The position numbers and the translations under genes are program-made. Of a stretch of DNA of 64,000 bases, positions 1 through 8,865 are shown one piece after another. Each line of letters opens with the position of its first letter. Positions within the stretch are counted from its first letter, which is position 1. The notes beneath the pieces are model-generated. The model saw only the letters and a program-made list of their open reading frames with translations. It searched no databases and was not told the origin of the DNA. The DNA comes from Nanobdellota archaeon (GTDB lineage: Archaea; Nanobdellota; Nanobdellia; Woesearchaeales; UBA10107), in NCBI GenBank assembly GCA_042571125.1, contig JBHPFU010000002.1, forward strand, positions 32,985 through 96,984, in the 5' to 3' direction.

Positions 1-141
1 AATGAGAGAATCAAATACATTAATATGAATTCGGCAATGCAAGATGAGCTTAGAGAACAAGCAACAAAATTAAATACAACTCAGGGATTACTTATTGGTG
101 CAGGAGTCTTATTTTTTTTGAAGCTGCTTAGTGAAGAATAA
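1..141 (+). CDS. ribbon-helix-helix (CopG/VapB-like) antitoxin, C-terminal part; 5' end lies outside the window
   Basis: Frame-1 ORF is open from the window edge to TAA 139-141. The sequence KYINMNSAMQDELREQATKLNTTQGLLIGAGV fits the strand-helix-turn-helix pattern of RHH antitoxins. It abuts the PIN gene. Confidence 0.4.
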   Translation, partial: NERIKYINMNSAMQDELREQATKLNTTQGLLIGAGVLFFLKLLSEE

Positions 142-568
142 ATGTGGACCATTAGAAAATATGTGTAAAATTTATTGTGATACGTGCGTTTATAGAGACA
201 TATTTGAAGGTAGGAAAGGAAAATATAGGGATTTTGATGAGTTTGCTTTAAATCTTTTACATAAAGTTAAAGAAAAACAGTATAAGCTTGTTATTTCTGA
301 TTGGGTTTATGAAGAATTAAAGAAACATAATTTTGGTGAAGATTTTAAGAGACTTATTAAAACATTCGAGGAAGAACATTTAATTAATGTTGAAGTAACT
401 CCAAAAGATAAAGTTGAAGCGAGAAAGCTTTCTTCTTCTAATTATCCTGATGCATTGCATGTTATACTTGCTAAGAAAGCTAATGCAATTTATTTAGTCA
501 CAAGAAATTTAAAAGATTTTACAGAATTTAGAGATGTTATTGAAATTGCTTTGCCCGAATCTCTTTAG
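131..568 (+). CDS. PIN-domain (VapC-like) ribonuclease toxin
   Basis: From the ORF track. Has N-terminal IYCDT (first PIN Asp), then SDWVYEEL and DALHVILA...VTRNLKDF. The start is GTG 131 (overlapping the upstream stop) or ATG 161. Confidence 0.6.
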   Translation: MKNKCGPLENMCKIYCDTCVYRDIFEGRKGKYRDFDEFALNLLHKVKEKQYKLVISDWVYEELKKHNFGEDFKRLIKTFEEEHLINVEVTPKDKVEARKLSSSNYPDALHVILAKKANAIYLVTRNLKDFTEFRDVIEIALPESL

Positions 569-1511
569 GTATTGAATCATATAAATCAGATAAATATTCA
601 TCTAATGTTGACTTAAATGGGATTTTTCTTTGATTATAATAATATTCTAATATTTCTTCGGAGTAATAATCTTTTAATGAATAATATAAGCTATCTAATG
701 CTAATAAATCCCATAATGCTGAAAATGATTCAGAAAGCAATGTTCTTAGTTCTTCTTTATTCTCTAATTTAAATATTCGAACTGCTAAGCTATAGTAAGT
801 TTCCAATAAATCTATGACATCTTCTTCACCGTGAAAAGTAAAAACTAGGTCTTTAAGGTTTTGATTCAATAAACGAATGGATTCATCGTCGAAAGGTTTA
901 CTTAATATTTCAATTATTCTTAATCTATCTAAGTAAAGTACATTATTTTCTTCTTTATAGTGTTTGGAACGAAGCTCAGCTGTATTCGGGAGGTCTTTAT
1001 ATTCTTTTATTGTTGCGTTTATTGTTTCATCATAGGTTTTTATTGAATCTTCTTCTATTTGATTGGGATCTAACTTTAAAACAGTACATTGTCCAAACAA
1101 ATACCACCCATAAGGGATCTTCAGGTTTTCTTTTTTTATTGTTTTTACAAGTATTTTTTGGAGAAATGTTTTATTTATATTTTCTCCTGTTTGTTCTTTC
1201 CATAATTCAATTATTCTTTTTGCTATTTGTTTTGTTTCTTTTTCTTGTTTTATTGGCAAACCTAATAATGTGTTTGTGTTTAGCTCTGGGTTTTTTAAAG
1301 AATAATAGATTTTATTTTTTTTATCTTCTTTTTTTACTATGCCCATATTTTCTAAAGTATATAATGTATTCTTTACAGTCTGCCAGTTTATATTTGTTTT
1401 TTTTGAGATTTGCAGGATGTTGTATTTTCCTTGTTTTAGAATATCAAATATTTGACTATAGATGTCTACTCTAGTACACCTCTTTTTTGCCATTATTGTA
1501 TTTGATACCAT
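537..1511 (-). CDS. winged-helix DNA-binding protein with an uncharacterised C-terminal domain
   Basis: N-terminal YSQIFDILKQGKYNILQISKKTNINWQTVKNTLYTLENMGIV...IYYSL is wHTH-like. The remaining ~240 aa have no motif I recognise. Confidence 0.45.
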   Translation of the reverse strand: MVSNTIMAKKRCTRVDIYSQIFDILKQGKYNILQISKKTNINWQTVKNTLYTLENMGIVKKEDKKNKIYYSLKNPELNTNTLLGLPIKQEKETKQIAKRIIELWKEQTGENINKTFLQKILVKTIKKENLKIPYGWYLFGQCTVLKLDPNQIEEDSIKTYDETINATIKEYKDLPNTAELRSKHYKEENNVLYLDRLRIIEILSKPFDDESIRLLNQNLKDLVFTFHGEEDVIDLLETYYSLAVRIFKLENKEELRTLLSESFSALWDLLALDSLYYSLKDYYSEEILEYYYNQRKIPFKSTLDEYLSDLYDSIPKEIRAKQFQ

Positions 1512-1603
1512 CTTGATATATAAAACTTTATTACTCGGTTTAAGTGGTGATTATGGTTATATTTAAAAGTTACTATCTTCATTTATAGGTTTTAATAGAA
1601 ATG

Positions 1604-1611
1604 TTTATAAA
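1604..1611 (+). promoter_or_regulatory. TATA box (TTTATAAA) upstream of the mini-nuclease gene
   Basis: TTTATAAA lies 45 nt upstream of ATG 1656. SD GGAGGTG at 1644-1650 falls inside the predicted ~20-nt leader. Confidence 0.45.
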
Positions 1612-1655
1612 GGATAACATCTTATTACTTCACATCAATTGTTGGAGGTGAAAAA

Positions 1656-1925
1656 ATGAGAAGGACAGTTAAAAGAGTTTTGGATGGAGATACGTTCGAA
1701 ACGCTTAGAAAAATCAATGGAAGCAATAGGGTTAGACTTGCTAATGTTAATGCTCCTGAACGAGGATCTTCGGGGGGCAGAAAAGCCACCAATGTTTTAA
1801 GAGGCATGATTGGGGGTAAAACAGTAACCGTTAATCCTGTTGGCAGAAGCTACGGAAGAACAGTCGCAAAAGTATCTTCCGATAGAAGAAGCGTGAACAG
1901 AAGGATGAACAGGAAAGGGTATTGA
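1656..1925 (+). CDS. short staphylococcal-nuclease (SNase/thermonuclease)-like protein, 89 aa
   Basis: VLDGDTF...VRLANVNAPE...GRSYGRTVA matches the SNase DGDT / RLxxIDAPE / YGR core. A strong SD precedes it. The C-terminal third of a full SNase is missing. Confidence 0.6.
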   Translation: MRRTVKRVLDGDTFETLRKINGSNRVRLANVNAPERGSSGGRKATNVLRGMIGGKTVTVNPVGRSYGRTVAKVSSDRRSVNRRMNRKGY

Positions 1926-2393
1926 AGATGGGCCGGATATATGCAAAAATATCTACACCAATATACCTTTCAGCTATTATCCCAGAACAACATTCCGAAC
2001 TCCTGCTTTTTCATTCTTTTCCAGCATCTTCTACTTTAGGTACGGTTCCTGGGTGAGAAGGGGTTGAACTATTTTGTCGAGATTATTTCCTAATAGCAAA
2101 AACAATCCCGACTGTGATGAGATCATTCCTTAATTTGCCATTTTTTCAGTAATTCTCAATTCGGTAAAATCCCGAAAATTTTCAAAACTAAAACAATAAC
2201 AAAAAACACCCTCTTTTTCAGCCTCTCTAAGTACCTATTTCGGCTATTTCAGCTTTATTTGCCCTAATTCTAGGTTTGCTAGATAATATTTAATCATCGC
2301 TTAAATCTTTTAAGCAAAATACCACAAGACACTGGACATGTCGGCACGAAGTTTAAATAGCTGAAGGGATTATATCTACATAGGTGATAAATA

Positions 2394-2915
2394 ATGCCTG
2401 CAAAGATTATTATTACGGACCATGAACCTGGGATGAACCCTACATCTGACGAACTATCTAGAGTAATATTAGCTCGAATCGGACTGATGCCTAGAAAGCA
2501 GGGATCAACAGATAAGATGCATAATGTGCTGCTAGAACTGTACGAAAAAGCCAAATTATCGCAACGAGAGAAAAGACCTGAATCTGCTGTTATGACAGTA
2601 GAAGAAATGGGTGTTTTTGCTGGGATAACAAGGCAAACCATGTATGATTATTTAAAGAGATGGCTTGATTTGAACATGATAGTCAAGACTTCTTACATCA
2701 ACGAAGGCAAAGTAATCATTGGGTACAAACTCAATGGAAATACGCTTGAGAGCGCTTTTGAGAAGGCTACACAAAAGATAAATAACCATATGGAAACATC
2801 TATGAAATTGGTAAGTGAGCTTCAAAAGCTTGTTAAGAATGAAAAGATAGCTAAAACACAGAAAGGACGTATTGAAGAGCAATCTGAGAATTCAACAGTA
2901 ATTTCTGAGGAATGA
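2394..2915 (+). CDS. winged-helix transcriptional regulator-like protein
   Basis: MTVEEMGVFAGITRQTMYDYLKRWLDLNMIVKTSY...GYKL is an HTH plus wing. The tail is coiled-coil. SD AGGTGA lies 7 nt upstream. Confidence 0.5.
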   Translation: MPAKIIITDHEPGMNPTSDELSRVILARIGLMPRKQGSTDKMHNVLLELYEKAKLSQREKRPESAVMTVEEMGVFAGITRQTMYDYLKRWLDLNMIVKTSYINEGKVIIGYKLNGNTLESAFEKATQKINNHMETSMKLVSELQKLVKNEKIAKTQKGRIEEQSENSTVISEE

Positions 2916-3187
2916 TTAAAGGTTTTAAGCGTTTTCAACATATCTAATCATTTTTACATTATTAACCCTGTTTTTTCAGATAACTTAGTCTATATAATCC
3001 CGACAAAAGACGTTACTCTCTATTAAAGATATTAAGCCGACACTTTCTCTAGATAATACTATAATGACGACAAAGTTCGATAAAATAATAGTCGGAATCT
3101 TTCCGGATTAAATCAAAAGTGAGAGTTAATATATCTCCAATCAATAAACTTTAAATAATAGACCAGTATCGCCCAAAAGGGTGCAAA

Positions 3188-4591
3188 GTGAGTTTTGAAT
3201 ACATCAGATCAAAAAGTCCGAAGAGTCTTTTAGTTTTCTTAGCAGGAACTATGGCAGCAACAGCGCCAATAGACGCAGCACGTACAGATCTAAAAACAAA
3301 AGATCTTAATGAAATGCTAGGAACTGCTCATCCAGTAAAAGAATTTTCTAGAGAATTACCAAAAAGTGAGTCTTTAACATCAGAACAAGATATTTTTGAA
3401 CGCGAAAAAATAATTCATCTTGACCTGAACCGAGATTGCAAAGGAGATAGAAATATCATAAAAGGATTTGGATATCTAATAAGGGCAAATAAAACTAAAA
3501 ATGAAGATGAATTAGTATCTGAGATAAGAGGAGCGATGCGTGAGTTCTTTACTGTCATGGACAGCGATAGAACTAATGCCTGCGCCCACATAGGTCTTGG
3601 AGAACTGTACCGTTTTCTTGGAGAACGATACAGCAACGGAGGAGATAAAGAAAGCGCTATTGAATGTTACATAGCTTCAATGTGTTATTTGAGAGCAATA
3701 AGTGACGCAGATCCTAAACATCGTCCTGGACTCAAAAATGTTGTAAGAGAATACGTTAAATTAACAGGAGATGTGGATCACGTTGCTAAAGGAAGAGAAT
3801 TAACTGCAATACTTAAGCATAGTAAAACTTCAGAAGAAAGAAGGGAAAGATTAATTGAGGCTGGAACTGAATATGAAATTGCTCTTGCAATAAATGAAAA
3901 CGATTGTGAAGCAAGAAAAGGTCATGCTACGATCTGTCTCGGACTTGGAGATAAATTTCTTCCAACTGCAATACTTTCTCTTGAAAAGGAAGCAGAATGT
4001 GATAAGGACAATATTGAAACAAAACTTGGTCTTGCTAATGCATACATTCAATTATCAGAAATTGAAGGTGATAAAGGAAATGTTAGATATGTAAAAAAGT
4101 TTCTTAATAGAGCGAAAAGATATTCAGATCAAGCAAAAGATATTGATGTAGAAAATCCTTTAGCATATTTCCTCTCAGCAAAGGTATATTTCGAACACGG
4201 AGATATTTTAGCTACTGATGCCAATATTAAAGAATCAATTAGATTATCCAATCTAGAAGGAGGACCAGAGCCAGACCTAGTTGCAGATATGGCATACATG
4301 TATCTTTCAATGGCTAAACAAATTGAGGGCAATCCTGATCTTAATCAAGAACTATCAAAAAAATATTCCGGCCATGCTACAGATTTAATTGACAGTACGT
4401 TAAAGATAATAGAAGCAGATAAAAAAATTAATAAAAATGCAAGAATATCTCATATGAAAGCGATACTTCTCAAAGTGGAAGGAGATTTAGAAGGAGCAAA
4501 ACCATACCTGCAAGAGGCAATAGACTTAGCTCCATTTGTTGATGAATGGAAACAAGATTTTAATAATTGGTATAAACAAAAAAAGAATTAA
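3188..4591 (+). CDS. TPR-repeat protein, possibly with an N-terminal signal or hydrophobic segment
   Basis: Several TPR-like units are present (AHIGLGELYRFLG..., LGLANAYIQL..., AYFLSAKVYFEHGD..., ILLKVEGDLEGAKPYLQEAIDLAP). The N-terminus KSLLVFLAGTMAATAPIDAA is hydrophobic. The start is uncertain: GTG 3188 or ATG 3251. Confidence 0.6.
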   Translation: MSFEYIRSKSPKSLLVFLAGTMAATAPIDAARTDLKTKDLNEMLGTAHPVKEFSRELPKSESLTSEQDIFEREKIIHLDLNRDCKGDRNIIKGFGYLIRANKTKNEDELVSEIRGAMREFFTVMDSDRTNACAHIGLGELYRFLGERYSNGGDKESAIECYIASMCYLRAISDADPKHRPGLKNVVREYVKLTGDVDHVAKGRELTAILKHSKTSEERRERLIEAGTEYEIALAINENDCEARKGHATICLGLGDKFLPTAILSLEKEAECDKDNIETKLGLANAYIQLSEIEGDKGNVRYVKKFLNRAKRYSDQAKDIDVENPLAYFLSAKVYFEHGDILATDANIKESIRLSNLEGGPEPDLVADMAYMYLSMAKQIEGNPDLNQELSKKYSGHATDLIDSTLKIIEADKKINKNARISHMKAILLKVEGDLEGAKPYLQEAIDLAPFVDEWKQDFNNWYKQKKN

Positions 4592-5061
4592 ACGCTATTA
4601 ACAATCTGCTGATCAATCTTCAAAACATTTTCTTTCGCTTGTAAATCTTTGAATTCTTTTGCTAATCTGAAGTAAGACTTATCTTCGTGCTTCATCTCAA
4701 CAATCGGAATTCCTTTGTTTATCATAGAAAATATGTATGCTTTAACAGCAAGTTCTGTTTGATGTGTTCTTACGGCAATATCTGAATAACTCAAAGGAGT
4801 CTGTTCAATTGAATAAAGAATCATAAACACTCTTTTTTCATTTTCATTTAATTCATAATCTTCTGGCTGCGTTATTTTGCTCAACATGAAATGAATTTCG
4901 TCAACTTTCTCTTTTAATTTTTCAAACTTCTGTTCAAGTTCAACCAAGTGATCGCCATTTTGTACGATCTCGCTAGAATTCTCGTTGATTGCAGTTAAGT
5001 GATCATCAAGTTCTTCTTTAATATCTTTAATTTTGTCTTTACTGTTATTTCTAAAGATCAT
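4588..5061 (-). CDS. coiled-coil plus C-terminal winged-helix protein
   Basis: The N-terminal heptad-rich region is followed by RVFMILYSIEQTPLSYSDIAVRTHQTELAVKAYIFSMINKGIPI (wHTH-like). Its stop overlaps the TPR gene stop by 4 nt (convergent). Confidence 0.5.
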   Translation of the reverse strand: MIFRNNSKDKIKDIKEELDDHLTAINENSSEIVQNGDHLVELEQKFEKLKEKVDEIHFMLSKITQPEDYELNENEKRVFMILYSIEQTPLSYSDIAVRTHQTELAVKAYIFSMINKGIPIVEMKHEDKSYFRLAKEFKDLQAKENVLKIDQQIVNSV

Positions 5062-5127
5062 CTAATCTAACACCCCATCATATTTGATTAAGAAGTTATT
5101 TATAAAGATTTCTGTTGTCAAAAACAA

Positions 5128-5715
5128 TCATCCAAGTGGACATTCTTCTGCTTCAACCCTGCTAAACCACCCAATTTCTCCTTTCTGTCGCAGGTAAGTC
5201 CTATTAAATCTCTGGAAGAACAAGTGATCCATGCCGCCCTGGGCTCCAGGAATAATCACGACTGGTTCAATCATCCTATACAGGTGTTCCTGATCGTTAT
5301 TATAATCGCTTACAGTGAGCTTACCAAGCAGAGAGTAAGGATGATCACAACCTTTCATCCTTGAATTAAAATCAGGATTCTCTCTTATTCTTCTGCTTAT
5401 AACCGTAGATGAGTAAAAGCTTAGCATGTGAGCAAGTTCTTGTAAGGAAGGCACCAATGAAAGAAGATGATGTGATCCTACTCTTTTATTTCTTAAAACT
5501 CTTCTTAATGAAAATGAAGAATAGTGTTTTTTATTGTCATGCGCTTCGGATTGTTCATTGTCTGGAAGAACATGCTGAAATCTTGATGATTCTGGAACAT
5601 TTGTTTTTACTAGAAAATCAACTAACTTTCCTTGGTCTAACTTAATTCCTTCATCAGTAATTGCAGGATTCTGTGCAATCCCTTCAACCAATAATTCTGC
5701 CAACCCCCTGTCCAT
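5128..5715 (-). CDS. hypothetical protein with an internal HTH
   Basis: SLQELAHMLSFYSSTVISRRIREN looks like a helix-turn-helix. I recognise neither flanking domain. GC content looks higher by eye. Confidence 0.4.
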   Translation of the reverse strand: MDRGLAELLVEGIAQNPAITDEGIKLDQGKLVDFLVKTNVPESSRFQHVLPDNEQSEAHDNKKHYSSFSLRRVLRNKRVGSHHLLSLVPSLQELAHMLSFYSSTVISRRIRENPDFNSRMKGCDHPYSLLGKLTVSDYNNDQEHLYRMIEPVVIIPGAQGGMDHLFFQRFNRTYLRQKGEIGWFSRVEAEECPLG

Positions 5716-5860
5716 GCTGAAGAGGATAAAGAGCTTGCTTATAAAGATTTCTTCCCATATATTAAAACTACATAACCTTTAAATATGAGCTAATATTACA
5801 AATTTAAAAAGGGGTGAATAATTAGCACTCCAAGGATTTCTTGGGGGTTTGGTGAATAAA

Positions 5861-6733
5861 ATGGTAACAGATGTAATGGTTAACGGATTGCCTGGCAAGA
5901 TGGCAACAATTATAGCTCAAGAGATTATAGACCAACCTGAAAAATATGATATAAGCACTATGGCACTAACTGGTCCTAATCAGCCAGAAGCTGTTTTCTT
6001 TAAAGATAAAAAAGGAAAAAATAAAACAGTCAATATAACTCATAAAGAACAAAAAGGAACGTTACAACTTCATGCTCCTACTGATAAAAGAACTGTTTAT
6101 GTGGTAGAGGCCTGTAAAGGAGAGGGTGTGGCTGATAAGAATGCTGCAATGTACTGTGAAAACAATATTCCTTTTGTAATGCTTTCAACAGGAGCTCAAG
6201 ATGATTATGCAAATATCAGAAAGCTTGCAGAAGAATCAAAAACTCCTTGTGTTGCATATCCAAATATGGATGTAAGACTAATCGCATGGATGGCAGGGAT
6301 AAGGCATATGGCTAAAGAATACCCTGGAGCATTCGAAACTTCATTGATTCAACTTTCTGAGACACATCAAGCTGATAAAGTTAACTCAAACGGAGAACCA
6401 GAAACTTCTGGTACAATGAAAAAGATGCTTAGTGATCTAAGCTCTCTTGCTAAAAGAGAGATTGCTATTGGGGATGTGCTGAGTGTAAGAGGTCAATTAC
6501 AACAAACAGACTTATTTAGGGTTCCTGAAGAATGGCTTGGATGGCACGCATATCATGTTTTTAAGATAGCCAATAAACATGACGGTGTTGATGATTCTGA
6601 AGAACTAATATTCAAAAGGCACGGTGGAGACTCATACAAACAAGGAGCAATGAAAGCATTAGACTTCTTAATTCAAGGAAAGAATACAAAATATTTCAAC
6701 ACCATGGATGATGTTTTGAAGGATGGGAATTAA
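5861..6733 (+). CDS. dapB: 4-hydroxy-tetrahydrodipicolinate reductase-like (DapB family, divergent long form)
   Basis: The N-terminal VMVNGLPGKMA resembles the DapB dinucleotide fold. SETHQADK...ETSGT resembles the DapB E-x-H-[HQ]-x-x-K...SGT motif with a small insertion. The ORF track starts at TTG 5849; I prefer ATG 5861. Confidence 0.55.
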   Translation: MVTDVMVNGLPGKMATIIAQEIIDQPEKYDISTMALTGPNQPEAVFFKDKKGKNKTVNITHKEQKGTLQLHAPTDKRTVYVVEACKGEGVADKNAAMYCENNIPFVMLSTGAQDDYANIRKLAEESKTPCVAYPNMDVRLIAWMAGIRHMAKEYPGAFETSLIQLSETHQADKVNSNGEPETSGTMKKMLSDLSSLAKREIAIGDVLSVRGQLQQTDLFRVPEEWLGWHAYHVFKIANKHDGVDDSEELIFKRHGGDSYKQGAMKALDFLIQGKNTKYFNTMDDVLKDGN

Positions 6734-6800
6734 CATTTGATTAATGTAAGGCCACTTAAACAATAAACTTTATATAATAAGTTGCTTCTAATTCAGTAAA

Positions 6801-8255
6801 ATGTGCCCAGCCACATACTACAGCACAAATAATAAAGATGAGATAGTAAACTTTGAGACTGCACTTCTAAAAGGCATGGCTTCTGATTTTGGTTTGTATA
6901 TGATAGCAAGAAAAGATATTCCAAAACTTTCTCCTGAAAAAATAAAAGAGATGAAGAATATGTCTTATCCTCAAATTGCTTTTGAGGTTCTAAATCCTTA
7001 CTTGGGTTCAGAAATTCCAGAGGCCGATCTTAAAAAATTATTGAATGATGCTTACAACGAAGATAAGATTCCAACAGAGGTTCAGCATATAGTAGGAAAG
7101 ACGCACATTATGTGGCTTACACAAGGACCTACTTATTCTTTCAAAGATTATGCTGCAAGATTTCTCGGAAGAGCTCTTAATTATTTTCTTAAAAAACGAG
7201 GATTAAAAAGAACGGTTATTGTCGCAACTAGTGGAGATACAGGAGGAGCAGTTGCTGATGCTCTGCATGGTCTAGAAAGCATAAACATGATTGTCTTCTT
7301 TCCAAAAGGTTCTATAAGTGAAAGACAGAGAAAACAGATGACAACATTACAAAAGAATATTTATGCTTTTGAAGTAGATGGAGATTTTGATGTTTGTCAG
7401 GCACTAGCAAAAAGATTAATGGCAGATACTGAATTTTCAAAAATAACTTTTGGAGATGAAAATGCCATAACCTCTGCTAATTCAATAAGTTTAGGACGAT
7501 TATTACCTCAAGCAGTCTATCCTTTTTTCGGGTTTTCAAGAGTCTCTAACGGAGAAGAAATGATAGCAAGCATTCCTTCTGGTAATTTTGGAGATATGAT
7601 GGGAACATTAATAGCAAAAGAGATGGGATTGCCAATATCAAATATAATCTGCGGTGTAAATGAAAACACAGAATTTCCTGAATTCCTAGAAACTGGAAAA
7701 TACATAGTTAAACCATCCAAAAAATCACCTTCATCTGCAATGATTGTTTCTCATCCAAGCAATTTAATTCGATTGATTGATTTTTACGGCGGACACATGT
7801 TTGATGAAAGGGATAAGAATAATAAAGTGGTAAAACAAGGCGTAATTGATAAAATGCCAGACCTTGAAGCTATGAGAAATGATTTATTCTCAATGGGTGT
7901 AACAAATTCTCAGCATTATGAAACAATGAGAGAGGTTTATGATGAATTTGGAGTTATCCTTGATCCGCACGGAGCAGTCGGATGGAAAACATTAGAGATT
8001 TTCTTAAAAGGGGAACATAACAAGCTTGCAGTAATCTACGAAACAGCAGATCCTGGCAAGTTCCCATTAGATGTTGAGAAAGCTATTGGATTAACACCAG
8101 CTGTTCCAGAAGGAATGTTAAAGCAGGAAAAATTAGAAGAAAGAAAATTCTCAATTGAAAACCCTTCCGAACAAACAGACCAAGGTCTTAAATTAACTGA
8201 TAAGCAAGTTGAAGAAGCAAAAGAAAAGATAAAAGAGATATTCAAAAATGTCTAA
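6801..8255 (+). CDS. thrC: threonine synthase (long form)
   Basis: Has the PLP-lysine motif GPTYSFKDYAARF, then ATSGDTGGA. Length is about 480 aa. Confidence 0.85.
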   Translation: MCPATYYSTNNKDEIVNFETALLKGMASDFGLYMIARKDIPKLSPEKIKEMKNMSYPQIAFEVLNPYLGSEIPEADLKKLLNDAYNEDKIPTEVQHIVGKTHIMWLTQGPTYSFKDYAARFLGRALNYFLKKRGLKRTVIVATSGDTGGAVADALHGLESINMIVFFPKGSISERQRKQMTTLQKNIYAFEVDGDFDVCQALAKRLMADTEFSKITFGDENAITSANSISLGRLLPQAVYPFFGFSRVSNGEEMIASIPSGNFGDMMGTLIAKEMGLPISNIICGVNENTEFPEFLETGKYIVKPSKKSPSSAMIVSHPSNLIRLIDFYGGHMFDERDKNNKVVKQGVIDKMPDLEAMRNDLFSMGVTNSQHYETMREVYDEFGVILDPHGAVGWKTLEIFLKGEHNKLAVIYETADPGKFPLDVEKAIGLTPAVPEGMLKQEKLEERKFSIENPSEQTDQGLKLTDKQVEEAKEKIKEIFKNV

Positions 8256-8865
8256 ATCAGAAATCGCAATAGAACTTTCTAAATTACAAGGATTTGAAGA
8301 AGCAAAAGCAAGAGAAGAGCAATACGTAACAGACCCGGAAATAGCTGGAGAAGTTCTCTGGTTTGCCAAAATGAATGGAGATATTGAAGATAAACAGATA
8401 GCAGATCTAGGAGCAGGAACAGGATACTTGGGGATTGGTTCTTTATTATTAGGAGCAAAGTTTGTCTGGTTAGTTGAAAAAGACCAAGATGCAGTAAAAA
8501 TCCTAAAAGAAAACCTGGATAAGTTTGAATACGAAGGACAATTTGAAATATTAGGCACAGAAATCTCTAATTTCACACATAAATGTGATGTTGTGATTCA
8601 AAATCCTCCATTTGGGACAAAAGAAGCTCATGCTGACAAGGAATTCTTAGAAAAAGCATTTGAAATCGCACCAATAATCTACACATTCCATAAAACCTCA
8701 ACAAAAGGATTCGTAGAAGCAATATCAAAAGACCATAACTACAAAATAACTCATCAATTAGACTTTGATTTTCCAATAAAAGCTACTATGGACTTTCATG
8801 AAAAAAGAATAGAAAAAATAAAAGTAAGCTGTTTTAGGCTTACTCAAGATCAAACGGAGAGATAA
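8248..8865 (+). CDS. METTL5-like N6-adenine RNA methyltransferase (COG2263-type)
   Basis: Has the SAM motif DLGAGTGYLGIG and the catalytic NPPFG. Size is about 200 aa. Overlaps the thrC stop by 8 nt. Confidence 0.6.
   Translation: MSKSEIAIELSKLQGFEEAKAREEQYVTDPEIAGEVLWFAKMNGDIEDKQIADLGAGTGYLGIGSLLLGAKFVWLVEKDQDAVKILKENLDKFEYEGQFEILGTEISNFTHKCDVVIQNPPFGTKEAHADKEFLEKAFEIAPIIYTFHKTSTKGFVEAISKDHNYKITHQLDFDFPIKATMDFHEKRIEKIKVSCFRLTQDQTER

Noticed and set aside
1010-1474. 154-aa plus-strand ORF rich in Phe/Leu, antisense to the wHTH gene at 537-1511.
   Set aside because: Its low-complexity F/L-rich sequence is the mirror image of K/E/N-rich coding DNA. It has no start context. The sense gene has a clear wHTH domain.
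2114-2120. Box-C-like GTGATGA in the long spacer, suggesting a possible C/D box sRNA.
   Set aside because: No CTGA D or D' box and no second C' box lie within the next 60 nt on either strand, so the C/D architecture is not present.
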